The notes beneath the pieces were generated by a model. It saw only the letters and a list, made by a program, of their open reading frames with translations. It was not told the origin of the DNA and did no database searches. A DNA stretch of 64,000 nt from Mobula birostris. Lineage: Eukaryota. The stretch spans positions 42,536,034-42,600,033 of the forward strand of contig NC_092372.1 in the NCBI RefSeq assembly GCF_030028105.1, in the 5' to 3' direction. The number at the start of each line of letters is the position of its first letter. The stretch's first letter is position 1. This document shows positions 39,430-50,956 of this stretch, in pieces. The position numbers and the translations under genes were made by a program.

Positions 39430-39556
39430 TAATGAGCTTGTATGTTCTCCCCGTGACTGCATGGGTTTCCTCCGGGTGCTCTGGTTTCCTCCCACAGTCC
39501 AAAGACATACTGGTTGGTAGGGTAATTGGTCATTGTAAATTGTCCAGGTACTAGGC
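39430..39556 (+). mobile_element. V-domain SINE (HE1-like)
   Basis: GTTCTCCCCGTGACTGCATGGGTTTCCTCCGGGTGCTCTGGTTTCCTCCCACAGTCCAAAGAC. Confidence 0.8.
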
Positions 39557-39921
39557 TAGGTGTTACACATTTGCCTTTCCACATAAGGAGAGAGGTTGTG
39601 CTGCACATGAGCCACCCAAATGTACCACTATTTCATAAACACATCATTGAAGCAGCCCAAAACTTTGAGAATGCCTGCATTTTAAGGGCAAAACAAGAGG
39701 GAGTTCGAAGAATTAACTTCATCCACCCAGGATTTGCCTTCGTTTGCAATGGCTATCTCTCCCCCAAATACCACAATGGTTCATCTAAAGGTCAGTGTCA
39801 AATTAGAACAAGATCACTCTCTAGAGAATCAGAATCAGAATGATGTTTATAGTCACTAATAAAATCATGAAATTTGTTGTTTGTGGCAACAGTACAGTCA
39901 TCATCTTCATTATCTACTGTG

Positions 39922-42215
39922 TTGAATTGAATTGACTTTATTACTTGCATCCTTCATATACATGAGGAGTAAAAATCTTTACGTTATGTCTCCATCTGAA
40001 TGTGCAATGTGTAATTAAAGTAATTTATAAATATTATGCACAACAGGATCGTCAATATAACAGAGAAACACAGATGGGTCACCATGCCTTCATGAGCCTG
40101 ATGGCCTGGTGGAAGAAGCTGTCCCAGAGCCTTTTGGTCCTGGCTATTATGCAGTGATACCGTTTCCCAGATGGTAGCAACTAGAACAGTTTGTGGTTGG
40201 GGTGACTCTGATCCCCAGTGATTCTTCAGGCCCTTTTTACACACCTGTCTGAAGAGTGGGAAGATCACATCTACAGATGCACTGGGCTGTTTGCACCACT
40301 CTTTATACTTTATACTTTATTGTCACCAAACAATTTGTACTAGAATGTACAATCATCACAGCGATATTTGATTCTGCGTTTCACACTCCCTGGATTACAA
40401 ATATTAAATATTAAAAATTTAAAATAGTTAAAATCAGTAAATATTAAAAATTTAAATTATAAATCATAAATAGGAAATAGAAAAATGGGAAGTAAGGTAG
40501 TGCAAAAAAACCGAGAGGCAGGTCCGGATATTTGCAGGGTACGGCCCAGATCCGGGTCAGGATCCGTTCAGCAGTCTTATCACAGTTGGAAAGAAGCTGT
40601 TCCCAAATCTGGCCGTACGAGTCTTCAAGCTCCTGAACCTTCTCCCGGAGGGAAGAGGGACGAAAACCGTGTTGGCTGGGTGGGTCGTGTCCTTGATTAT
40701 CCTGGCAGCACTGCTCCAACAGCATGCGGTGTAAAGTGAGTCCACAGATGGAAGATTGGTTTGTGTGATGTGCTGAGCCGTGTTCACGATCTTCTGCAGC
40801 TTCTTTCGGTCTTGGACAGGACAACTTGCATACCAGGTTGTGATGCACCCTAGAAGAATGCTTTCTACAGTGCGTCTATAAAAATTAGTGAGGGTTTTAG
40901 GGGACAGGCCAAATTTCTTTAGTTTTCTCAGGAAGTAAAGGCACTGGTGGGCCTCCTTGGCAGTGAACTCTGCTTGGTTGGACCAAGTCAGGTCATTTGT
41001 GATATTGACCCTGAGGAACTAAAAGCTTTTGACCTGTTCCACACGTGCACCACCAACGTAAATTGGGTCGTGCGGTCCGCTACTCCTTCTGAAGTCAACA
41101 ACCAATTCCTTCATCTTGCTGACGTTGAGGGATAGGTTATTGTCTTCACACCATGCCCCAGGTTCATAATTTCCTCTCTGTACTCAAACTCATTATTACT
41201 CGAGATACGACCTACAACTGTTGTGTCTACAATCTACAGATGCACTGGGCTGCTTGCACCACTCTGCAGAATCCTGCGGTTGAGGGAAGTACAATTCCCA
41301 TACTAGGCAGTGATGCAGCCAGTCAGGATGCTCCCAATTGTGCCTCTATAGAAAGTTCTTAGAATCTGGGAGGGCCATACCAAACTTCTTCAACCATCTG
41401 AGGTGAAGGGGCGCTGTTGTTCCTTTTTCACCATACAACCTACTCCTTTGTTTTTGCGACATTGAGGGAGAGGTTGTTTTCTTCACACCACTGTGTCGGG
41501 GTGATGACTTTTTCTCTGTAGGCTGCCTCATTATTATTTGAGATTAGGCCAATCAGTGTAGTGTTGTCAGCAAATTTAGTTAGCAGATTGGAGCTGTGGG
41601 TTGCGACACAGTCATGAGTATACAGAGAGTAAAGGAGGGGGCTTAGTACACAACCCTGAGGAGCACCTGTGTTGAGGGTCAGAGGGGCAGAGGTGAGGGA
41701 GCCCACTCTTACCACCTGTCAGCAATCTGACAGGAAGTCCAGGATCCAGCTACACAAGGCAGGGTGAAGGCCGAGGTCCCTGAGCTTCATGTCAAGCCCG
41801 GAAGGAATTATGGTGTTGAATTTTGGACTGTAGTCCAAGGACAGCGTTCTCACATAAGCATCCCTCTTCTCCAGATGTGTAAGGACGATGTGTAGAGCTG
41901 TGGCTATTGTGTCGTCTGTCGATCGGTTGTGTCAGTAGGTGAATTGTAGCGGGTCCAGTGTGGGTGGCAGCATACTGCAGATGTAGTCCTTGACCAGCCC
42001 CTCAAAGCATTTGCTTTTTACTGAGGTGAGTGCGACAGGACGCCAGTCATTCAGACATGCTACCTTGGTCTTTTTAGGTACAAGGACAATGGTGGACATT
42101 TTGAAGCAGGAGGGCACTCTACACCGGGAGAGGGAGAGATCAAAAATGTCAGTAAACACACCTGCCAGTTGTGTCGCGCACATCCTAAGTACTCGCTCTG
42201 GGATGACATTGGCAA
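39922..42215 (-). mobile_element. Rex1/Babar LINE with a second Rex1 nested at 40303-41231
   Basis: [31 protein letters not shown] and KFADNTT motifs; the inner element is flanked by a 34-bp direct repeat. Confidence 0.85.
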
Positions 42216-42933
42216 TCATGGTCATTGACTATGTTTGTTTTTGACAATTTTTTCTACAGAAGTGCTTTGCTATTGCCTTCTTTCGGGCAGTGTCTTTACA
42301 GGATGGGTGACCCCAGACATTATCTGCCTGACATCAGTGGTCGTTTAACCAGAACTTCTGATATGCACCAGCTGTTCATACAGCCATCCCCCACCCATGA
42401 CCCTAATCAGGGGGTGCTACACCTTTCCCAAGGATGACATGCAGGCTAGCAGAGGAAGGAAGCACCTTACACCTCCTTCGGTAGACGCATATCTCCACCC
42501 CACCACCCACAGCAGTATAGTACAAGACAAAAAATTACTATCAAAAATATACAAATGAATATTGCGAAAGAGGAATGGCAAGGTGGTTTCATGGGTTTGT
42601 GGACTATTCAGAAATCTGATGGCAGAGGGGAAGACAATGTTCTTGAATTGTTGAGTGTGATGCTGGCCGCATTGCAATTACTGCCAGACATGTGCAACTG
42701 GAGCATGAGAGCTACTTCCTAAGGCCAGATTTCCATTTCTAATTCAGCCGTTCCACAGTGATGTGGTCTGGTTCCAAATCAAAGCCACAGGTTGAACTTC
42801 TGGACTTCAGAGACCACCAAGCTCTTCAACCTTTTAGTGTTTTTAATCATGTAAAATACACTTCATCTGTGTTACTATCCTTTCTGTCTTTGAGCCTTGC
42901 CTCACAGGCATTAACCTCTGTTTCCTTTAAAAG

Positions 42934-43078
42934 ATGATTGCTCAGAAATCATTGGGGGCAAAGAAGTGGGAAATCATTCCAAACCATACATGGCATCAAT
43001 CCAGATGAAAAGACAGCATATATGCGGAGGAGTGTTGATAAAGCCAAACTGGATTCTGACTGCAGCACACTGCAATCT
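42934..43078 (+). CDS. gzma: Granzyme A-like gene, exon 2 (IIGG, His57); absent from the ORF track
   Basis: aag|AT; [48 protein letters not shown]; CT|gtaag. Confidence 0.95.
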
Positions 43079-43574
43079 GTAAGTTATAATTATTGTATAT
43101 AACAAGATATCTTAATAATTTACTGATGTAACTTAAGTTCCCGCAGTCTTTGATGATGTGTGGGTTTTTATCATCTTCTATCAGACAATCCTTTATTGGC
43201 ATTTCTCAGTTTTCTAATTGGCTCCAGCATTTACACAGTTAATCTCCATCTCCTATATAATTAGAGTAGCTAACATCTCTGCTGACACACTACAGCCAAG
43301 TGTAAAAGGAGTTAGAGCATGCTGAGGAGAACACCAATTTCACTAACTGATTTCTGAATCCAAGTGGTGAGGAATTCTACCATGATACCTTTGGAACACT
43401 GACACCTATATTTCATTTTACTATAGTCTTCTCCCCTCTTCCAGAAAACTGTTAGTATCTGAGACGTCATGCAAACCAAAACCACACTCACTCGCCCTTG
43501 GGCAGAGGCTGTCTTTCCCTGGAACACTGTGGTCTGTTCCTTTGAGAATCTATTTTACTTCATCACAAGCAATC

Positions 43575-43812
43575 GCAGACACAAGAGAAGCTGGAATATG
43601 GAGCAACACACAAAATGCTGGAGAAACCTAGCAGGTCAGGCAGCATCTGCAGCTGAGGGAAATTGACAGTCAGCATTTCTGGTCAAATCCCTTCATCTGG
43701 ACTAATCTAGAGTGAGTCCAGATGAGAGGTCTCAAACCTAACCATCAACTGTTCATTTCCCACCATGGATGCAGACTGACCTGTGGAGTTCCTCCAGCTT
43801 TTTGTGTGTCAC
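43575..43812. repeat. Inverted pair of Penelope-type terminal repeats
   Basis: CTTCATCTGGACT...AGTCCAGATGA centre with diverging arms. Confidence 0.7.
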
Positions 43813-43849
43813 ACAAGTGCTTACTGTTTCAATGTGTGCTGGCAATATT

Positions 43850-44640
43850 AGAACCCAAGTGCAGAGGAAAGACAGAACTCTGATGTAGAGATGGTAGCGA
43901 GACATTTATTCATAATAATTCCAAAAGAACATAAGTGGCTTGGCCGTGCGACACCGCGAGAAGTAACACTCTCAAAACGAGGACCCTGTGATTAGCGCTA
44001 ATGGAGCATCTATTTAAATAATAGAAGCACACGGAATCTTGAAAAGCTTGAACAGAAGACACCAGGAGACCACATTACAAAGATCCAGTAACTCAAGAAA
44101 AACACAAGAAACTAAACAACTAACGACTGTTGTTAAACAACAACTAACTAAATCAGGTATTCTAAAAACCTCGGAACCCAATGCTCAGGCCCAAGCAATT
44201 AATTACAGGGAACTCCCCCCCCCACCCCCCATGTTTGGTAACTAATGGTCCAGAGAGACCTGAAAACTCAAGAGGAGGCATGGGGAACTCAGGAGGAACC
44301 CAGACAGACTGAGAGACCCAGGAACCCTGAAAGACCGAGAGACAAGGGGATCTCGAGTGGGGCCCCGCGAGAGAGGCTAACGAGTCCTCGAGAGGGGGAG
44401 AACGTTGAGAAAACCTTGGGAACATTGAAAACACCCTGGGAAACATTGAAATGTCCTTGGTAAACCTTGAAACGTCCTTAGGAAACCTTTACAAGCTTGA
44501 CAACCTTGAATGCTTGGGCCAGGACATTTAGACTCGGAAAAAGCCTTGATACCCAAAAAACTTGAGAACCTGAAAAGTTGAGACCTAGAAAGCATGAAAC
44601 TCGAAACCTAGGGAAGGATCTTGGAAGGAGGTTGATTACA
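43850..44640 (-). mobile_element. Putative LTR-like element with internal short tandem units
   Basis: TG...CA ends, antisense AATAAA near 43910, repeated GAAACC(C)TTG-like units. No coding support. Confidence 0.35.
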
Positions 44641-44859
44641 GTGTTTTATTTTTCCAAAATTTACACTATTACATTCAATGCTGATTTGTTGAATTGAACA
44701 ATTTTTATTGATAAGCTTGCTTGAATTGCAATGCAGACCTGAGTCACGGGACCACAAAGTTGGTACTTATGATTTGAAAATCTCAGCATGGACACTGGAG
44801 AAACTAAGAAACATAGCCTAGAGAAGCTCAGAGCGTAGACTCAGAACACAGACGTGATA

Positions 44860-45413
44860 TGCCGTGTGTGTAGTTTTGGTCCCCTAATCTGAGGAAAGAC
44901 ATCCTTGCCATAGAGGGAGTACAAAGAAGGTTCACCAGATTGATTCCTGGGATGGCAGGACTTTCATATGACGAAAGACTGGATCAACTAGGCTTATACT
45001 CACTGGAATTTGGAAGACTGAGGGGGGATCTTATTGAAACATATAAAGTTCTAAAGTGATTGGACAGGCTAGATGCAGGAAGATTGTTCCCGATGTTGGG
45101 GAAGTCCAGAACGAGGGGCCACAGTTTAAGGATAAAGGGGAAGTCTTTTAGGACTGAGATGAGGAAAAACTTCTTCACACAGAGAGTGGTGAATCTGTGG
45201 AATTCTCTTCCACAGGAAACAGTTGAGGCCAGTTCATTGGCTATATTGAAGAGGGAGTTAGATATGGCCTTTGTGGCTAAAGGGATCAGGGGGTATGGAG
45301 AGAAGGCAGGTACAGGGTTCTGAGTTGGATGATCAGCCATGATCATACTGAATGGCGGTGCAGGCTCAAAGGGCCGAATGGCCTACTCCTGCACCTATTT
45401 TCTATGTTTCTAT
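44860..45413 (+). mobile_element. CR1 LINE 3' end (young copy)
   Basis: MRKNFFTQRVVNLWNSLPQ with a (TTTCTATG)n tail. Confidence 0.9.
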
Positions 45414-46154
45414 GCCCTGAAGGCAGCTTCGTCACCAACCAAAACGTCAAAATGCCACTGTTTAACCTCTGCTGGGCCCATAACAGCTGTGTACAAGTAT
45501 ATTAATGAAGGTATGGGGCTCTTACTTGCCTGTGACATTACCACAAGCAAGTTTTTTCATTGTACCTGTATCTGATTGCACTTGTCTGCATGACAATAAA
45601 ATCAATTAAACGTCTATAAAGTAGGTAATTTCTTCCACACACTTAATACTTCTGGTAAATGAAGGAATGAGAAGAAAATTAGGAAATAACTAGACACCCT
45701 ACGCAATATTTGTGCATTCTTTTCTTCCGTCAGTTACTCAAATGGTTGGGAATGAATATAGCAGAGAGAATCTAGGGGTCACACTGTCATGTGCATGAAT
45801 TTACAACTGATCATAACATGAAGCCAAGGTCTCCAACCTCAGACACTTGTTAAGCTTTTCATGCTGGAACGGCAAGCAAAATGCACACTGTCCCAGTACA
45901 CCCTCACTACTCCTGTGTCCATGTTATAGTGGACTGGAATTCCAAGTCACATGAAGTTTACGATTGCATTCCATGGTCATAAACAAAAATCAATTGTGTT
46001 TTACTTTGGAAACAAGCTTTATGCGTTTATAACTGTAATCACTTGGAATTCTCTTGAAAGCCTCCAAATTTTCACATATTTTAAAGTGGATGATATAATA
46101 AACTGCTTGCATCTTAATTCATACTCTCCACATTAAAAAAATTGTCTTATTTAG

Positions 46155-46305
46155 TTTTTTTAAAAACAGGCAAGTCCAAGTAGTTCTTGGAATTGATTCA
46201 CTGAGAAGTAATGAAATCTCGCAGCAAGTATTGAATGTGAAGCGTAAAATTCCACATGAGTGTTTTGACGTTAAAAGCAAAGAAAATGACATCATGTTGC
46301 TCCAA
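46155..46305 (+). CDS. gzma: Granzyme A-like gene, exon 3 (Cys93, Asp102); alternative in-frame start at 46170
   Basis: (FFKNR)QVQVVLGIDSLRSNEISQQVLNVKRKIPHECFDVKSKENDIMLLQ|gtaagt. Confidence 0.9.
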
Positions 46306-46602
46306 GTAAGTGATTGATTATTTTGTAGTAATGTACGTTGTACTGTAACACAAAGGGAGCAATCTATCTAAATTCAGGTGCCTAAATGTTAAACCCTAAT
46401 AATCTGCTGTCCGACCACAGGGAAATCCCATGGTTGAAGAACTGGTTCACCAGATAATGTTTGGTGTTTCCCCGTACCCATTCAGATGAGCCCCGGTTCC
46501 TGCATTCTCTTCTGACTCCTTGGAGCTCCAGTTCCTATAATTCCTACCATCTAACTAAGGCCTTGTCCCATGCCCTCCTCCAACTCATCATGACCCTGGG
46601 TT

Positions 46603-46765
46603 TTGTTTTTCTTCTTCTTCCTCTTTTTTCTTCCTCTCCTTTTCTTCTTTTCTTCTTTTTCTTCTTCATCTTTTTCTTCTTTTTTTTCTTCTTCTTTCTC
46701 TTCCTCCTTTTCTTATTTTTCGACTTTCTTTCTTTCACTTCTTTTTTCTTTTCCTTCTCCTTCGG
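46603..46765. repeat. (TTC)n/pyrimidine low-complexity tract
   Basis: Directly visible. Confidence 0.95.
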
Positions 46766-49700
46766 AGGCAAACAGCTATAAGGCGCATAACTGTCACCTT
46801 CTGAACAGGAGTGTGACTCAGGATATCTAAATCCTAAATACTAAAGGTCTCAGCCTGTAATTTTGACTGTTTACTCTGTTCCATAGATGCTGCCTGGCCT
46901 GCTGAGTTCCTCCAGAATTTTGTGTGTTGCTTCAGATTTCCAGCATCTGCAGATTTTCTGTTATTTATATATATTCATATTTTATGAAAAAGACCCGTAT
47001 TCTTAAGGAGCTACACTATATATTTAAAACAAAAATCATGTGATCCTTCTGGCAAAATATTGTTAATGTTAAATTGTATTTTATTCTGTGATAACTTTAA
47101 AATCAACCATTCCATCTCTTGATTATATCTTGGACACCTCACCGGTACATGCTCAACTGTTTCTTGTTGATTACAAATCTCACATCTCTCATGATCATCT
47201 TTCCACTTCTTTCTCGATATTATAAAGGTGTCTTCCAGTTCTCTCTTCATCCCATTGTTTTCGGCATATTTTTGATTTAATGTTAATAATGTTTTTCTGT
47301 TCTCCTTTACTGTAATTTATTTGAATATGCACTTTCGTTCATCTAGTTGTCTCCTTTGCTAATTTATTCGATTTAATACCAATATGAGCTGGAATCCACA
47401 TCAAGTGTATACAGGGACCCGCCATTTTAAGTCTAAGTGATGTTGGTATTATCTCACATATGTCTCATCTTGCCTCTGAATGTAAATCTTTTCCACTCCT
47501 GGGTGCTGTGCTTGAATCAGACAATATTACCACTCTCATCGATCTCACTTCCTCCACCCGGTGCAAGGCGAATAGTCCAGCTTTCATTTCACCTGTATCC
47601 ACTGAGAAATCGTCATGTATCCTCCCTTGCTTTTTCTTTGTAATTTATTTTTTATTGAATTTCATCATCAAACAAACATTTCCACAAGATGTGTCTCAGA
47701 CACTGACATATGTATCATATAATCATATTTGTCACAAATCTCCACATAATATTTATGCGGCATACACTTATAGAAAGGAGAGGAAAGAAAGAACAATCGA
47801 AAGAAGAAAACTACGTACAGAGTAGGTAGTGATTTTTTTTACAACATATTCATTGACTTGTGAGAATAAAATCAGGCCTATGAGTTAAACCATTTTTTTC
47901 CAGTATGAATAAAATTATTCCAACTTATGATTAATAGATGGTGTTATCTTCTCCATTTTGTAAATGTCCATTGTAATTTCCATCCATACATTTAAAGTTG
48001 GGCTCTCCTGTGATTACCATTTCCTGGTAAAGGTCTTTTTACCAGCCACCAACAGTACATTCATTAAATAGTTATCTCTTTTCAACCATTCTTGAGGTAT
48101 ATACCCAAAATATATGGTCTTACTCTCTAATGGTATTTCACATTCAAAGATGTCTTGTCAGGCATTATGTATCCCACTCCAATAGTCTTTGATAACGGGA
48201 CATTCCCAGAAAATACAATAATGGTTTGCATTCTGATTTCCACAAGTTCTCCAGCAAACGGGGGGTTACTATCATAATGGGATTTCTGAGAAGGTGTAAT
48301 AAAATATCTTATCAAGTTTTTCCACCTGAACTCCCTCCATTTCTGTGAACTGGAACACTTCCATTGATAGCTCCATATTATTGTCCAGTCTTCCTCAGAT
48401 ATTATTATCCCTCCTTCCTTCTCCCATTTTGTTATAATGTATGAAGTCGAATGTGTTTTAAGATTTGACAAACCTTTATACACGCTTGAAGTTATTCTAC
48501 TACCATTGTCTGAATTATATGCTTTTCTAAATAGCTCTATCAGACATGTACTTATAACCATATAAACCATATAACAATTACAGCATGGAAACAGGCCATC
48601 TCAGCCCTTCTAGTCCGTGCTGAATGCTTACTCTCACCTAGTCCCATCTACCTGCTCTCAGCCCATAACCCTCCATTCCTTTCCTGTCCATATACCTATC
48701 CAATTTTTTTTTAAATGACAAAATCGAACCTGTCTCCACCACTTCTACTGGAAGCTCGTTCCCCACAGCTACCGTTCTCTGAGAAAAGAAGTTCCCCCTC
48801 ATGTTACCCCTAAACTTTTGCCCTTTAACTCTCAGCTTATGTCCTCTTGTTTGAATCTCCCCTACTCTCAATGGAAAAAGCCTATCCACGTCAACTCTAT
48901 CTATCCCCCTCATAATTTTAAATACCTCTATCAAGTCCCCCCTCAGCCTTCTATGCTCCAAGGAATAAAGACCTAACTTGTTCAACCTTTCTCTGTAACT
49001 TAGGTGCTGAAACCCAGGTAACATTCTAGTAAATCTCCTCTGTACTCTCTCTATTTTGTTGACATCTTTCCTATAATTCGGTGACCAGAACTGTACACGA
49101 TACTCCAAATTTGGCCTCACCAATGCCTTGTACAATTTTAACATTACATCCCAACTCCTATACTCAATGCTCCTATACTCAATTCAACTTCATACATTAA
49201 AACAAAATGGCAGAAGGAAGGAGGGATAATAATATCTGAGGAAGACTGGACAATAATATGGAGGTATCAATGGAAGTGTTCCAATTCACAGAAATGGAGG
49301 GAGTTCAGGTGGAAAAACTTGATAAGATATTTTATTACACCTTCTCAGAAATCCCATTATGATAGTAACCCCCCTGTTTGCTGGAGAAATTGTGGAAATC
49401 AGAATGCAAACCATTATCATACTCGAAGGCCAGCATACCAAAAGTTTCTTCACCACCCTATCCAGATGAGATTCCACCTTCAGGGAACTATGCACCATTA
49501 TTCCTAGATCCCTCTGTTCTACTGCATTCCTTAATGCCCTACCATTTACCATGTATGTCCTATTTTGTTTAGTCCTACCAAAATGTAGCACCTCACACTT
49601 ATCAGCATTAAACTCCATCTGCATCTTTCATCCCACTCTTCTAACTGGCCTAAATCTCTCTGCAAGCTTTGAAAACCTACTTCATTATCCACAACTCCAC

Positions 49701-50956
49701 CTATTTTAGTATCATCTGCATACTTACTAATCCAATTTACCACCCCATCATCCAGATCATTAATGTATATGACAAACAACATTGGACCCAGTACAGATCC
49801 CTGAGGCACACCACTAGTCACTGGCCTCAAACCTGACAAAGCAGTTATCCACCACTACTCTCTGGCATCTCCCATCCAGCCACTGCTAAATCCATTTTAC
49901 TACTTCAATATTAATACCTAACGATTGAACCTTCCTAACTAACCTCCGTGTGGAACCTCGTCAAAGGACTTACTGAAGTCCATATAGACAACATCCATCA
50001 CTTTACCCTCGTCAATTTTCCTAGTAACCTCTTCAAAAAATTCAACAAGATTTGTCAAACATGATCTTCCACGTACAAATCCATGTTGACTGTTCCTAAT
50101 CAGACCCTTTTTATCCAGATAATTATATATACCAACTCGAAGAATACTTTCCATTAATTTACCCACCACTGACGTCAAACTTACAAGCCAATAATTGCTA
50201 GGTTTACTCTTAGTACCCTTTTTAAACAATGGAACCACATGAGCAATACGCCAATCCTCCAGCACCATCCCCGTTTCTAATGACATTTGAAATATTTCTG
50301 TCAGAGCCCCTGCTATTTCTACACTAACTTCCTTCAAGGTCCTAGGGAATATCCTGTCAGGACCCAGAGCCTTATCCACTTTTATATTCCTTAAAAGTGC
50401 CAGTACTTCCTCTTCTTTAATCATCATAGTTTCCATAACTACCCTACTTGTTTCCCTTACTTTACACAATTCAATATCCTTCTCCTTAGTGAATACCGAA
50501 GAAAAGGAATTGTTCAAAATCTCCCCCCATCTCTTTTCGCTCCGCACATAGCCGTCCACTCTGATTCTCTAAGGGACCAATTTTAACCCTCACTATTGTT
50601 TTGCTATTAATATAACTGTAGAGACCCTTTGGATTTATTTTCACCTTACTTACCAAAGCAACCTCATATCTTCTTTTAGCTTTTCTAATCTCTTTCTTAA
50701 GATTCTTTTTACCTTCTTTATATTCCTCGAGCACCTCATTTACCCCATGCTTCCTCTATTTACTGTAGATCTCTCTCTTTTTCCAAACCACGTTTCCAAT
50801 CCCTTGAAAACCATTGGCTCTCTCATACTTCTAGCCTTTCCTTTCAACCTAACAGGAACATAAAGATTCTGTACCCTCAAAATTTCACCTTTAAATGACC
50901 TCCATTTCTCTATTACATCCTTCCCATAAAACAAATTGTCCCAATCCACTCCCTCT

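Noticed and set aside
44240-44620. Short repeated units resembling a CRISPR-like array
   Set aside because: Units are irregular and degenerate with no unique spacers, and the context is eukaryotic; more likely an LTR-internal minisatellite.
46461-46830. Poly-Lys, poly-Phe and poly-Ser ORFs
   Set aside because: Translations of a TTC-rich low-complexity tract in intron 3.
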